A DNA stretch of 55,766 nt. Origin: an uncultured Planctomycetaceae bacterium. GTDB taxonomy: Bacteria > Planctomycetota > Planctomycetia > Pirellulales > PNKZ01. This document shows, piece by piece, positions 35,985 through 45,058 of the stretch. The translations under genes and the position numbers were made by a program. Each line of letters opens with the position of its first letter. The first letter of the stretch is position 1. The DNA is taken from contig CAYSUC010000001.1 in assembly GCA_964433865.1 (NCBI GenBank), forward strand, positions 1 through 55,766, read 5' to 3'. Below the pieces are notes generated by a model, which saw only the letters and a list, made by a program, of their open reading frames with translations, did not search any database and was not told where the DNA came from.

Positions 35985-36635
35985 TTACAGATGACAATTC
36001 GACAGGCCGCGCTTTTCCAGGTACTGCTGGTGGTACTCTTCGGCCCGATGAAACTCGGCGGCCGGCACGATCTGCGTTACGATCGGTCGGCCCCAGCGGT
36101 TGCTTTCACCCAACGCTCGCTTGGCCGCTTCGGCCGTATCCCGCTGCGCGTCGTCGTGGTAGAACACCGCCGACCGGTACTGCGAACCGACGTCGGGCCC
36201 CTGGCGGTTGAGCGTCGTGGGATTGTGATTGGCGAAGAAGACGTCGACCAGTTGCGCGTAGGAAATCCGCTCGGGATCGAACTCTACCTGCACCGCTTCG
36301 GCGTGGCCCGTGTTGCGGTAGCAAACGTCTTCATAGGTGGGGGCTTGCGTCGCGCCGCCGGTGTAGCCGACGCTGGTGGCGACGACCCCCGGCAGTTTGC
36401 GAAACACGGCCTCGACGCCCCAAAAACAGCCCGCTCCGAACGTGGCCTTTTCGACGCGGCCGCTCTTCAACTCGGCGATCCGATCGGCGTTCATGCTCGT
36501 TTGCTCCGGGGTACGAACGGGGACCGAGGCGGGATTCGACCGGCCGTAGCCGGTCCAACCGTACAGGGCCGCACTGGCCGCCGCAATCGCCGCCGCCGCC
36601 GTCACTAGGTCGCCGAGACCGCTGCGTCGCTTCAT
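35985..36635 (-). CDS. msrA: peptide-methionine (S)-S-oxide reductase MsrA (membrane/secreted form)
   Basis: ATG 36635 follows ggagg. The catalytic block is ATFGAGCFWGVEAVFRKLPGVVATSVGYTGG, with ..GHAEAVQVEFDP.. also present. An N-terminal hydrophobic segment is present. Confidence 0.9.
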   Translation of the reverse strand: MKRRSGLGDLVTAAAAIAAASAALYGWTGYGRSNPASVPVRTPEQTSMNADRIAELKSGRVEKATFGAGCFWGVEAVFRKLPGVVATSVGYTGGATQAPTYEDVCYRNTGHAEAVQVEFDPERISYAQLVDVFFANHNPTTLNRQGPDVGSQYRSAVFYHDDAQRDTAEAAKRALGESNRWGRPIVTQIVPAAEFHRAEEYHQQYLEKRGLSNCHL

Positions 36636-36755
36636 GGTTCGCACCTCCGAAGCGGCGAGTCGACGCAACTTCGGTGCCCATTGCCGCGATCGTTCGGCCA
36701 CGTCCTCGTCGGCCGGGGCCGAGGGTCCGTTCTTCGGCGAAATCCGCAGGCGCCG

Positions 36756-38654
36756 TCAACCCGCGACCGCTGCCGCCCTGCGCGGCTTTCTCCGTTCTAC
36801 GTTCGCACCGGCGCGCCGGTTCGCGCGCGGTGTGACATTCGGTGCCGTGCTCCGCTGGGGCAGCGTGCGAGCGTTGCGCGCCTCGTCGTCCGCCGGATGG
36901 CACCAATTGAACGCCGTCGGCGACTTCGCCAACAGTCGCATTTGCAGGGCCAGCAGGTCGACGAACGACCCGGCCGCCGGGCCAACCGCGACGCGGACGT
37001 CGCCCGACCGATCGAAGGCCCGCAGCCGCTGCGGCTTCAGCAGTTGCCCCACCCGCTCGCGGAGCCGCGAGGCGACGCCGACGTACAGCCGGGTCCCCTC
37101 GTTGTCGAAGATCGCGAACAGGCCCGGCCCGTTCGGCAAGGCGCGGAGTCGGGCCGGTTTTTGCGCCGAAACGGGTACTTCGAACCGCAACTCGACGTGG
37201 GGCAGTTCCTCGGCCCGGCGCCGCACGGCCTTGGCCTCCTTGCGTAACTTCAGCGCCGTCCAGCGATGCTCGAAGACGCGACGTCCGCCGAAGCGGGCCG
37301 CTTGCTTGTCGAACTCCGCGGCCCGCGCGGGATCGGCCAAGACGTCGTCGAACCCGTCGCTCGCGCGGCCGCGGGTCGCCAAGGCGGCGGCGATCTCGGC
37401 GGCGGCGGCGAACGGCTCCGCGTCATCCCACGTCAGTTCGGTCCGCTCGGTCGTCGGCACGCTCGTCAGCCGGCCGGCTTTCCGCAGCCGCAGCAGCGCG
37501 GCGTTCCAGGCGTGCAGATCGCCGGGAAGGCGCAGCTCGCGGCAATGTTCGGCCAACGCGGTCTGCAACTTCGGATCGGCCACGACCCGGTCGAGCGAGT
37601 ACCCGCCGCAAGCCCGGCGAAAGGCCTCGACCAGCGGCGCGTGCGGATCGACCGGCGGCGCGGGTTCGGCCTCCGCCGCCTCGACGACCGCCGGCGAGGT
37701 CGCGATCGTTGCAGGGATCGCCTCGGGCGCGATCGGCTCCTGCGCGGGCGCGATCCGTTCGGCGACGGCGTCCGCCGCCGTCGGTTCGCCGTTCGACGTC
37801 GGCGTCGCCGGAGCGCTGCGCGTCGGATCGGCCGAGCCTACCAGCGGCTCGCCCACTTGGGCCGCGGCCAGACGTTCCGATCCGCGGCGGGCATAATCCG
37901 TCGACAGTTCGAAACCGAGGTACTGCCGGCCCAGCTTCTTCGCCGTGACCAACGTCGTCGCGCTGCCGGAGAACGGATCGAGCACGACGTCTCCTTCGTG
38001 CGAGCAGGTGCGAATGATCCGCCCCAGCAATTGTTCGGGCATTTGACAGCCGTGGAACCCGGCCCGCTCTTTGAACGTTCCGGCGACGCGAGGAAAGTAC
38101 CACGTGTCTTCCTCGACCGTGAAGCAGTCCGACAGATCCTGCGGCCGCAGGATCCAGGTGTCGTCGGGCAGTCGGCCGCGCGGATTGGCCCGGGCGTCGT
38201 TGTAGACCAACTGTCGGGCCGAGGGGATGCGGTTGGCCGGATCGTCGGCGCGGAACGTGAACGACTTCGCATCCTTCACGAAGTAGAACAGATGCGCATG
38301 CGAGCGCGTGAACTTGTTTACGCAATTGACGCCGAACGTGTAGTACCACACGACCCAACTACGGCAGGTGAAGCCGATCTGCTGGGCGCTGAGCTTCAAT
38401 TCCGCGGCATACTCGTCGCCGATGGCCAACCAGAACGTGCCGTCGGGCTTCAACAGCCGATGCACGGCCCGCATCCACTGCTCCGACCAGTCGAGGTAGT
38501 GTTCGCGTTCGCGTCGATCGTCGTACTCGTCGTACTTGTAGCCGATGTTGAACGGCGGATCGGCGAACGCCAGATCGACGATGCCGGCGGGCAGGGCGTT
38601 CATTCCGGCGACGCAATCGGAGTGATGGATGCGGTTCAGAACGTCGGGCGACAT
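36756..38654 (-). CDS. beta-class (N6-adenine/N4-cytosine) DNA methyltransferase fused to a C-terminal UvrC-like GIY-YIG domain
   Basis: ATG 38654 follows ggagg. Motif IV (FADPPFNIGYKY) precedes motif I (VLDPFSGSATTLVTAKKLGRQYLGFE). A Pro/Ala linker and two similar helical modules follow. The C-terminal domain (about 36900-37145) reads LPNGPGLFAIFDNEGTRLYVGVASRLRERVGQLL ... VDLLALQMRLLAKSPTAFNW. Confidence 0.75.
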   Translation of the reverse strand: MSPDVLNRIHHSDCVAGMNALPAGIVDLAFADPPFNIGYKYDEYDDRREREHYLDWSEQWMRAVHRLLKPDGTFWLAIGDEYAAELKLSAQQIGFTCRSWVVWYYTFGVNCVNKFTRSHAHLFYFVKDAKSFTFRADDPANRIPSARQLVYNDARANPRGRLPDDTWILRPQDLSDCFTVEEDTWYFPRVAGTFKERAGFHGCQMPEQLLGRIIRTCSHEGDVVLDPFSGSATTLVTAKKLGRQYLGFELSTDYARRGSERLAAAQVGEPLVGSADPTRSAPATPTSNGEPTAADAVAERIAPAQEPIAPEAIPATIATSPAVVEAAEAEPAPPVDPHAPLVEAFRRACGGYSLDRVVADPKLQTALAEHCRELRLPGDLHAWNAALLRLRKAGRLTSVPTTERTELTWDDAEPFAAAAEIAAALATRGRASDGFDDVLADPARAAEFDKQAARFGGRRVFEHRWTALKLRKEAKAVRRRAEELPHVELRFEVPVSAQKPARLRALPNGPGLFAIFDNEGTRLYVGVASRLRERVGQLLKPQRLRAFDRSGDVRVAVGPAAGSFVDLLALQMRLLAKSPTAFNWCHPADDEARNARTLPQRSTAPNVTPRANRRAGANVERRKPRRAAAVAG

Positions 38655-38873
38655 ACGGACGACCTCCGGCAACGATCGGCGACGGAACGGATGGGGCGAT
38701 TCTAGCGCATCGACGACGGCTCGCAAGCGCGCCGCATGCGAATCGGTGCCAGGTGCCACTGGTCAGCGCAGTCGACCAGTGCTCGTACGACACCGCCTCC
38801 CGAACGCCCGGGTCGACGTCGCTGACCCGGGGCACCCGTTTCTAAACGGGTCGACTTCGCCGCCCGGGGCACG

Positions 38874-39473
38874 TTACGCCGTCGAATCGCCGGGCGTCAC
38901 GCGGCGCGGCCGGTAGAACGTCCGCACGTCGACGACCTCCATGCCCGCTCGCCGGGCCGCCTCGATTCCCAGGTCGGCGTCTTCGTAGACCAAGCACCCG
39001 CCGGGTGCGATGCCGATCCGCCGCGCCGCTACTAGAAAGATGTCCGGCTCCGGCTTGTGTCGGGCCACGTCGTCGCTCGTGACCAGCGCGTCGAACCAGT
39101 CGGCCATCTTCAGGTAGCCGAGAATCTTCGATCCGATCGCCCGGTCGGCCCCGGTCGCTACGGCCAACGGAATGCGGCCGCGAAACGTGCGGGCCACGTC
39201 GACCACCGGCTCGATCGGAGTAACGCGGTCGATGAGTTCGAGAAACAGTCGTTCCTTCTCGGCGGCCAAAGCCAAGATGTCGAGCGGTTGCCCCGACTCG
39301 CCGACGACGAGCTTCGTGACCTCGACCGTGGGGCGTCCGCCGAGCGCGTAGAACCGGTCTTCGGAAAGTTCCAGTCCGTAGCGGCCGCACATGGTCCGCC
39401 AGGCCTCGTAGTGCAGCGGCATCGTATCGGCCAGCGTGCCGTCGAGATCGAAAATCACACCCTGCGGTTCCAT
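38874..39473 (-). CDS. HAD-superfamily hydrolase (beta-phosphoglucomutase-like subfamily IA)
   Basis: Motif I is VIFDLDGTLADT. Also present are ..AVATGA.. and a C-terminal ..VYEDADLGIEAARRAGM.. Confidence 0.8.
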   Translation of the reverse strand: MEPQGVIFDLDGTLADTMPLHYEAWRTMCGRYGLELSEDRFYALGGRPTVEVTKLVVGESGQPLDILALAAEKERLFLELIDRVTPIEPVVDVARTFRGRIPLAVATGADRAIGSKILGYLKMADWFDALVTSDDVARHKPEPDIFLVAARRIGIAPGGCLVYEDADLGIEAARRAGMEVVDVRTFYRPRRVTPGDSTA

Positions 39474-39677
39474 CGAGGCATCTCGAAACGTGTGCGGTCC
39501 GGTCGCGGTTCGGCCGGCGAAACTCGCGATTTTACCCGGCTTCCGCCGACGCGGCCGGCCCTAAACGGGGTGCGGGTCCGCGGCGCCGGCCGATCTGCGC
39601 TCGTCGGTGGTTCTTGCCCTCGTCGCCTCTGCTATGATGCACCGCGCCGGCGGGGGCGAGGCTTCCAGGAGGCGCCG

Positions 39678-40163
39678 ATGTCCGAATCCGAAAACGATCA
39701 ATTCTCGTGGCGCGATACCTACTTCGTTTGGTTCGCATCGTCGCGTAGGCCGACGATGGCCGAAGTCGAGAAGGTGCTCCGCGCGTTGCCCGACAAGTAC
39801 GGCGTCGAACACCCGGAGCAGGACGATGCCGGACGGTTCGAGTCGATCACGCTGCAATCGCCGCTGGATCATGCGGTGCTCGAGGTGTCGTACCTGGAAG
39901 GGCCCGACATTCGCGAGCAAGCTCAGACGCTGGCCGAAGAGTTGAAGGCGGCCGGCGATTGCGAACCCGCGCAGCTTCACCGCTTGGCGCAGTGCGACGC
40001 CCGCTTCGACGTCATGCAGTTCGAGCGACTCGAAACGGGCGACGACGATGAAGATCTGGAAGATGAAATGTTCGATCCCAGTGCGCTGCTGGTCGTCATG
40101 CAGGCGCTGACGAAGCTCGTCGGCGGCATCGGCGTCGATCCGCAGTCGGGCCTGATGGTGTAG
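39678..40163 (+). CDS. hypothetical acidic cytoplasmic protein
   Basis: ATG 39678 follows ccaggagg. The 161-aa product starts MSESENDQFSWRDTYFVWF.. and has an acidic patch GDDDEDLEDEM. No family recognised. Confidence 0.55.
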   Translation: MSESENDQFSWRDTYFVWFASSRRPTMAEVEKVLRALPDKYGVEHPEQDDAGRFESITLQSPLDHAVLEVSYLEGPDIREQAQTLAEELKAAGDCEPAQLHRLAQCDARFDVMQFERLETGDDDEDLEDEMFDPSALLVVMQALTKLVGGIGVDPQSGLMV

Positions 40164-40190
40164 GAAGCCCTGCTGAATTCGGAGTGCGGA

Positions 40191-41030
40191 ATGCGGAACG
40201 ATGCAAGACGGCGGATGCCTGCCTGGGCGGGCGTTTCATTTTGCCTGTTGACGTTCGCGTGCGGCGTCTCCGGTTCGGCCGACGAACCCGTGAAGCGGCT
40301 GCTCTTGCTCAGTCAACAGCCCGACGGTCATCCGCCGGGTACGCACGAGTACGCCGCCGGCCAGCGAATCCTGGCGCACTTGCTGAAAGGCGCGGCGGGA
40401 TTGGAGGTCGAAGTCGTGCAGGCCGACGGCGCTTGGACCGAAGGACCCGAGCGCCTGGCGAAGGCCGACGGGGTCGTGCTGTTCGTGTCGGAAGGAGCCC
40501 GCTGGGTGAACGAAGACCCGCGGCGTTACGAGGCCTTCGCCCGGCTGGCCCAGCGTGGCGGCGGGCTGTCGGCCTATCACTGGGGTACCGGCACCAAAGA
40601 CGCGCGAAACATCGAGCCCTTCGTCCGACTGTTCGGCGCCTCGCACGGCGGGCCCGACAGAAAGTTTCGCGTCGTCGAAACGCGGCTCGCACCGGTCGCT
40701 GCCGAACATCCGATCGTCGCGGGCCTGACGCCGATCGACGTCCGCGAAGAGTTCTACTTCGCGCTGAAGCGCGATCGTTCGCCGGGTGCCGTGCTCACGC
40801 CGTTGGTGACGGCCCGCATCGACGACACGGATGAAATGGTCGGCTGGGCGTTGGAGCGAGCCGACGGCGGTCGCAGCTTCGGCTTCACGGGCCTGCACTA
40901 CCACGACAATTGGCGACGTCCCGAATATCGTCGACTGCTGGCCCACGGCGTATTGTGGACGCTGCGGCTGCCGATTCCCGCGGGCGGCGCCGACGTCGAC
41001 GTTCCCGAAGAATTGCTGCGATTAAAGTAG
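40191..41030 (+). CDS. ThuA-domain protein, exported
   Basis: A signal peptide is present. The blocks LLLLSQQPDGHPPGTHEYAAGQRIL.. and ..GLHYHDNW.. are typical of planctomycete ThuA-like proteins. Confidence 0.65.
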   Translation: MRNDARRRMPAWAGVSFCLLTFACGVSGSADEPVKRLLLLSQQPDGHPPGTHEYAAGQRILAHLLKGAAGLEVEVVQADGAWTEGPERLAKADGVVLFVSEGARWVNEDPRRYEAFARLAQRGGGLSAYHWGTGTKDARNIEPFVRLFGASHGGPDRKFRVVETRLAPVAAEHPIVAGLTPIDVREEFYFALKRDRSPGAVLTPLVTARIDDTDEMVGWALERADGGRSFGFTGLHYHDNWRRPEYRRLLAHGVLWTLRLPIPAGGADVDVPEELLRLK

Positions 41031-41043
41031 CGACGACTGTGTA

Positions 41044-41133
41044 GGCGAGCCCGGAGCGTTAGCGACGGGAGGTCCTGCGTCGCAGTCGAAAACTCCCGTC
41101 GAAAAATCCCGTCGCTGACGCTCCGGGCTCGCC
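41044..41133. repeat. REP-B long palindrome between convergent genes
   Basis: The arms are ggcgagcccggagcgttagcgacggga (41044-41070) and tcccgtcgctgacgctccgggctcgcc (41107-41133). They are complementary at 26 of 27 positions. tcccgtcg is duplicated internally. Confidence 0.75.
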
Positions 41134-41155
41134 GACGGAGTCGCGCGCCGTATGC

Positions 41156-42163
41156 TCAGCGCGTCGTCGTCGGTCGGACGACGATGCGCCCGGTCGTCTC
41201 TCCCTTGAGAATCCGCTCGACGTAGGTCCCCACTTCGTCGAGCGTGATCTCGGTCGTGAGGTCTTCCAGTTGCGGCAGGCTCCAAGGGCCGGCGAGGTTC
41301 GACCAAATGCGCCGCCGCTGGTCGGGCGGACACTCGACCGAATCGATGCCCGCCAGGTCGACGCCGCGCAGAATGAAGGGGAAAACGGTGAGCGGCAACT
41401 CCGCGCCGCCGACCAGTCCGCAGGCCGCGACGACTCCGCCCCGCTGCATGCTTTTGAGCAGCGTGGCCAGCGTGTTGCCCCCCACCGAGTCGACCGCGCC
41501 GATGTAGCGAGCGGCCAGCAGCGGCTTGCCGCTCTTGTCGTCGACGTCGCCGCGCCCCACGATCCGTCGCGCTCCTAATCGTTGCAGCAATTCGGCCGCG
41601 GCGGGTTTGCCCGAGACTGCGGTCACGTCGTAACCCAACTTCGCCAACAGGCCGACGGCGATGCTGCCGACCCCGCCGGACGCCCCGGTGACGATCACCT
41701 CGCCCGCGCCGGGCATCACGCCCCGCAGTTGCAACGCCTCGACGCATTGCGCGGCCGTAAGTCCGGCCGTTCCGTAACTCATGGCGGCGCGCGGCGTCAG
41801 GCCCGCGGGCAACTTCACGATCCAACCGGCCGGCACGCGGACGAACCCCGCTAGGCCGCCCCAGGTGTTCTGCCCCTGGTCGTGCCCGGTGATGACGACG
41901 GCCTCGCCCGGCCGGAGATCGGCGGCCCTGCTTGCTTCGACCGTGCCGGCGCAGTCGATTCCCGGCACGTGGGGAAACTTCCGCGTCACGCCGGGATTGC
42001 CGGTGGCCGACAGGCCGTCCTTGTAATTCAGCGACGAATACGCGACCCGCACCAGGACGTCGCCCGGCGGCAGGTCGGCGAGCGTCCGACGGGTCGGCTC
42101 GGCGCGAACCCCGGAGGCATCCTTCTGCACGTAGTAGCAGGGAAACGAAACGTCGTCGGCCAT
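41156..42163 (-). CDS. YhdH/YhfP-family (AcuI-like) medium-chain quinone/enoyl reductase
   Basis: The N-terminal block is VLVRVAYSSLNYKDGLSATGNPGVTRKFPHVPGIDCAGTV. The Rossmann block is VTGASGGVGSIAV. ATG 42163; the track GTG is at 42172. Confidence 0.8.
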   Translation of the reverse strand: MADDVSFPCYYVQKDASGVRAEPTRRTLADLPPGDVLVRVAYSSLNYKDGLSATGNPGVTRKFPHVPGIDCAGTVEASRAADLRPGEAVVITGHDQGQNTWGGLAGFVRVPAGWIVKLPAGLTPRAAMSYGTAGLTAAQCVEALQLRGVMPGAGEVIVTGASGGVGSIAVGLLAKLGYDVTAVSGKPAAAELLQRLGARRIVGRGDVDDKSGKPLLAARYIGAVDSVGGNTLATLLKSMQRGGVVAACGLVGGAELPLTVFPFILRGVDLAGIDSVECPPDQRRRIWSNLAGPWSLPQLEDLTTEITLDEVGTYVERILKGETTGRIVVRPTTTR

Positions 42164-42199
42164 CGCGGGCACCCGATCCTTTCGTCAGGACGGCTTGCG

Positions 42200-42227
42200 T
42201 TGACGACCGCCGCCGGCCGCCTATAAT
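42200..42227 (+). promoter_or_regulatory. near-consensus sigma-70-type promoter upstream of trxA
   Basis: TTGACG (42200-42205), a 16-nt spacer, then TATAAT (42222-42227). It lies about 60 nt upstream of the trxA ATG, with aaggag at 42274. Confidence 0.5.
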
Positions 42228-42287
42228 TCTCGGTTCACGTCAACCTATCTATAAGTGTTCCAAGGGCTTTCGCCAAGGAGTCGTTCG

Positions 42288-42614
42288 ATGGGCGCCAACA
42301 CCAAAGAGTTTACCGACGACAACTTCCAGGCCGAAGTGCTGGAATCGACCCAGCCGGTGCTGGTCGACTTCTGGGCCCCTTGGTGCGGACCGTGCCGCAT
42401 GATCGCTCCGTTGGTCGAAGAGCTGGCGACCGAATACTCCGGCAGCGTGAAGGTCGGAAAGGTCAACGTCGACGACAGCCCGAACGCCGCCGGTCAATAC
42501 GGCGTGAGCAGCATTCCGACGCTGATGATCTTCAAAGGGGGCGAGGTGGTCGACCGATTCGTGGGCGTGCAACCGAAGAGCCGGCTGCAATCGGCGATCG
42601 ACGCCGCTCGCTAG
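42288..42614 (+). CDS. trxA: thioredoxin
   Basis: The product reads VLVDFWAPWCGPCRMIAP (WCGPC active site) ... IPTLMIFKGGE. Confidence 0.92.
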   Translation: MGANTKEFTDDNFQAEVLESTQPVLVDFWAPWCGPCRMIAPLVEELATEYSGSVKVGKVNVDDSPNAAGQYGVSSIPTLMIFKGGEVVDRFVGVQPKSRLQSAIDAAR

Positions 42615-42650
42615 CGATCCGCCGTTTCGGAATTTTGCCGCGTCAATTCG

Positions 42651-42678
42651 CCGCGGGCCTCGTGCCCGCGGTTTTTTT
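42651..42678 (+). terminator. intrinsic terminator of trxA
   Basis: An 8-bp GC stem ccgcgggc / gcccgcgg with a 5-nt loop is followed by TTTTTTT (42672-42678). Confidence 0.75.
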
Positions 42679-42905
42679 GCGCGGTTGCCTCCTCTTCGAC
42701 TTCGCGCCGGCTTCGCCCGCGCTTCGCCCGGGGGGCCGCCGGCAGTTCCTGCGGCGGTAAACTTCTTGCCGTTCTCCCAGTTTCGCGTGAACTCGCCGCG
42801 CGGCGTTGCCGATCTACGAACGTAGACGAACTTTGCCGGTTAGGGCGACTGCGCATGCGCGCCGCGGTCGTAGGCGCCGGCGTCGCAGGCATCGCGGGGT
42901 CTCCG

Positions 42906-44408
42906 ATGGCGAAATCACAAACATCGAAAGCGTCCGAGTCTCAGGGATCGCGCCCGACGGGGCGTTTTCTTTCGACCGACACGCGGATCGATCCGCCGCA
43001 CGTCTTCGCGGGGTCGGAAGCCGAAGCCCGACCCGGCGCTAAGACTCCGCCGACCGACGCCCGCGCCGAAGTCGCGGAGTCGCCGCCGCCGGCCGGCACC
43101 GACGGGGTCGATCTGGAAACGGTCGAGGCCCTGCGCAACCAGGCACGGCAGTTGGCCGTGCTGTTGGCCGCGCGTCAGGAAGATCTCGATCGTCGCGATG
43201 CGCAGTGGCAAACCGACGTCGCCCGATTCGAGAACGAACGCCGCACGTCGCGGCTGTGGTTCGAGTCGCGTCGAGGCGAACTCGACGAACACGACGCGGC
43301 CGTCGCGGCGCGTGCGCAAGAAATCGACGAACGATTCGTTCGCCTGCGCGATGCCGAGGCCGCCGTCGAGAAGCTGCACTCCGAAGCCGCCGCCGCCTTG
43401 GCGACTCGCGAAGAGGCCGTCCGTCGGCGCGAAGCCGAACTCGAACACCGCGCGACCGTCGCCGGGCTCGACGAGGCCGCGCACCGCAACGCCGTCGCGG
43501 AGTTCGCCGACCGTTCGGCCCGCCGGGAGGCGGAGATCGAACTTCGCCGCGCCGAGTTCTTGGAAGAACGGGCCGTGCTGCAGACCGAACGCGAGGCGCA
43601 TGCCGCGCGGCAGGCCGACTGCGAACGGCTGGCGGCGTTGCCCAGCGCCTATCAGGAGAAGTTGCAGAAGGCGCTCGATGAACGCGAAGCGGAACTCGAT
43701 CGCCGCGAACAGGCCGTGGCCGAACAGGAATCGCGGCTGCGGCAATCGCTGGTCGAGTGGGAACGCCTGAGCGGCGAACTGGCCGAACAGCGCACGCGCG
43801 TCGAAGCCCAGGCCCGACACGATCGACTGGAGACGGCCGAAGCCCGACGATCGGCCGAGGCCGAACTGGCCGAGAAGCGGGCGGAGTTGGAACGTCAGAG
43901 CGAGCAGCTCGATTTTCGTCGCGCGGCGGTCCGTCGCGAACAGGACGATCTGGCGGCGACGCAGCGCGACCTGCTCGAGCAACGGCTGGCCGCCGAAGAG
44001 TTGTGGACGCGGCTTTCCGGCAGCGTGCCGCCGGCGGCGCTGGCCGAACAATTGGCCCGGCTCCGCTCGCGGTTGACCGAACAGTATCGACTGTCGCACG
44101 ACGAACTGGCCGCGCAGCGCCACGAGTTGGAAGCCTTGCGGACCGACCTGGCGGCCGAGGCGGAGCGGCTCCGTCGGCAAACGAGCGAACTGCGACGTTG
44201 GGCCGACGCGCGCCACGAGGAGATCGAACGCCAAGCGGCCTTCCTCACGCAGCGCGATGCCGAGTTGGAACGCCAAGAAGCGCGGTTCCGTCAGGAAGCT
44301 CAGGCCTGGCGGCAAGAACGATTTCGCATGGAGCAGGAAACACGGCGACTGAAGGCCGAACTGCGACGAGCGGGCCTCGACGAGACCCGCAGCTTCGCCC
44401 GCGGTTGA
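42906..44408 (+). CDS. long Glu/Arg/Ala-rich coiled-coil protein
   Basis: ATG 42906. About 400 aa of heptad-like E/R/A/L sequence follows a Pro-rich N-terminus. There is no TM helix and no enzymatic motif. Confidence 0.6.
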   Translation: MAKSQTSKASESQGSRPTGRFLSTDTRIDPPHVFAGSEAEARPGAKTPPTDARAEVAESPPPAGTDGVDLETVEALRNQARQLAVLLAARQEDLDRRDAQWQTDVARFENERRTSRLWFESRRGELDEHDAAVAARAQEIDERFVRLRDAEAAVEKLHSEAAAALATREEAVRRREAELEHRATVAGLDEAAHRNAVAEFADRSARREAEIELRRAEFLEERAVLQTEREAHAARQADCERLAALPSAYQEKLQKALDEREAELDRREQAVAEQESRLRQSLVEWERLSGELAEQRTRVEAQARHDRLETAEARRSAEAELAEKRAELERQSEQLDFRRAAVRREQDDLAATQRDLLEQRLAAEELWTRLSGSVPPAALAEQLARLRSRLTEQYRLSHDELAAQRHELEALRTDLAAEAERLRRQTSELRRWADARHEEIERQAAFLTQRDAELERQEARFRQEAQAWRQERFRMEQETRRLKAELRRAGLDETRSFARG

Positions 44409-44641
44409 ATGCGCGAACGAACGGCGAATTTCGACTGACCCTCGGGCCCGGGTGTGGCGAAATCGACAAGCGCGCCCGGGTCGGAACGTGCGGAAACGGC
44501 GCGTCCGTGAACTCCGCGCGCCACGCGAGAGCGAAATCCGCCTCGCACGGCTCGACGTTGCTCGGGCGGCACGGCGGTTGCTTCACGCCTGCCGTCGGTC
44601 TCGAGCGACGAGCCGAACGATCTTCCACGGGAGCCGCAACG

Positions 44642-45025
44642 ATGGCCGATGAAACCGACGCGACGACGACGCCCTACGCGCGAATCGGCGGCGCGCCGGC
44701 CGTGGCCGCGCTCGTCGAGTCGTTCTACCGCCGGGTGCTCGCCGATCCGACCCTGGCGCCGTTCTTCGCGCACGCCGAGATGCAGAAGCTGCATCGCATG
44801 CAACGCGAGGTCTTCGCCGCGATGCTCGGCGGACCGGCTGCGGTCGGCGAGCTCGATTTGAAATGGGCCCACGGCGGACGAGGCATCCAGCGCGAGCACT
44901 TCGCCCGTTTCATCGGCCACCTGCTCGCCGAGTTGGAGCCGTTTCAACTCTCGGCCGACGACGTCGACACGATGATGCACCGCATCGTAACGTACAAGAA
45001 CGACATCACGGGCGAAGCCTATTGA
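44642..45025 (+). CDS. glbN: group-1 truncated hemoglobin
   Basis: The product reads YARIGGAPAVAALVESFYRRVLADPTLAPFF...QREVFAAMLGGP...HGGRGIQREHFARFIGHLLAEL, the 2-on-2 globin pattern. Confidence 0.75.
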   Translation: MADETDATTTPYARIGGAPAVAALVESFYRRVLADPTLAPFFAHAEMQKLHRMQREVFAAMLGGPAAVGELDLKWAHGGRGIQREHFARFIGHLLAELEPFQLSADDVDTMMHRIVTYKNDITGEAY

Positions 45026-45058
45026 GGGCTCGTCCCGACGCGACCGGGAGACCGCGCG

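Noticed and set aside
33402-36608. A 1068-aa plus-strand ORF, and similar very long ORFs (19084-21714, 22597-24615, 24848-26773, 31075-32829, 11134-12996, 36634-37896, 42915-44315, 15747-17063, 21656-23044).
   Set aside because: All lie antisense or out of frame to genes with clear family motifs. Their translations are Arg/Ala/Gly/Pro-rich low-complexity strings with no motifs, the usual stop-poor shadow frames of ~70% GC DNA.
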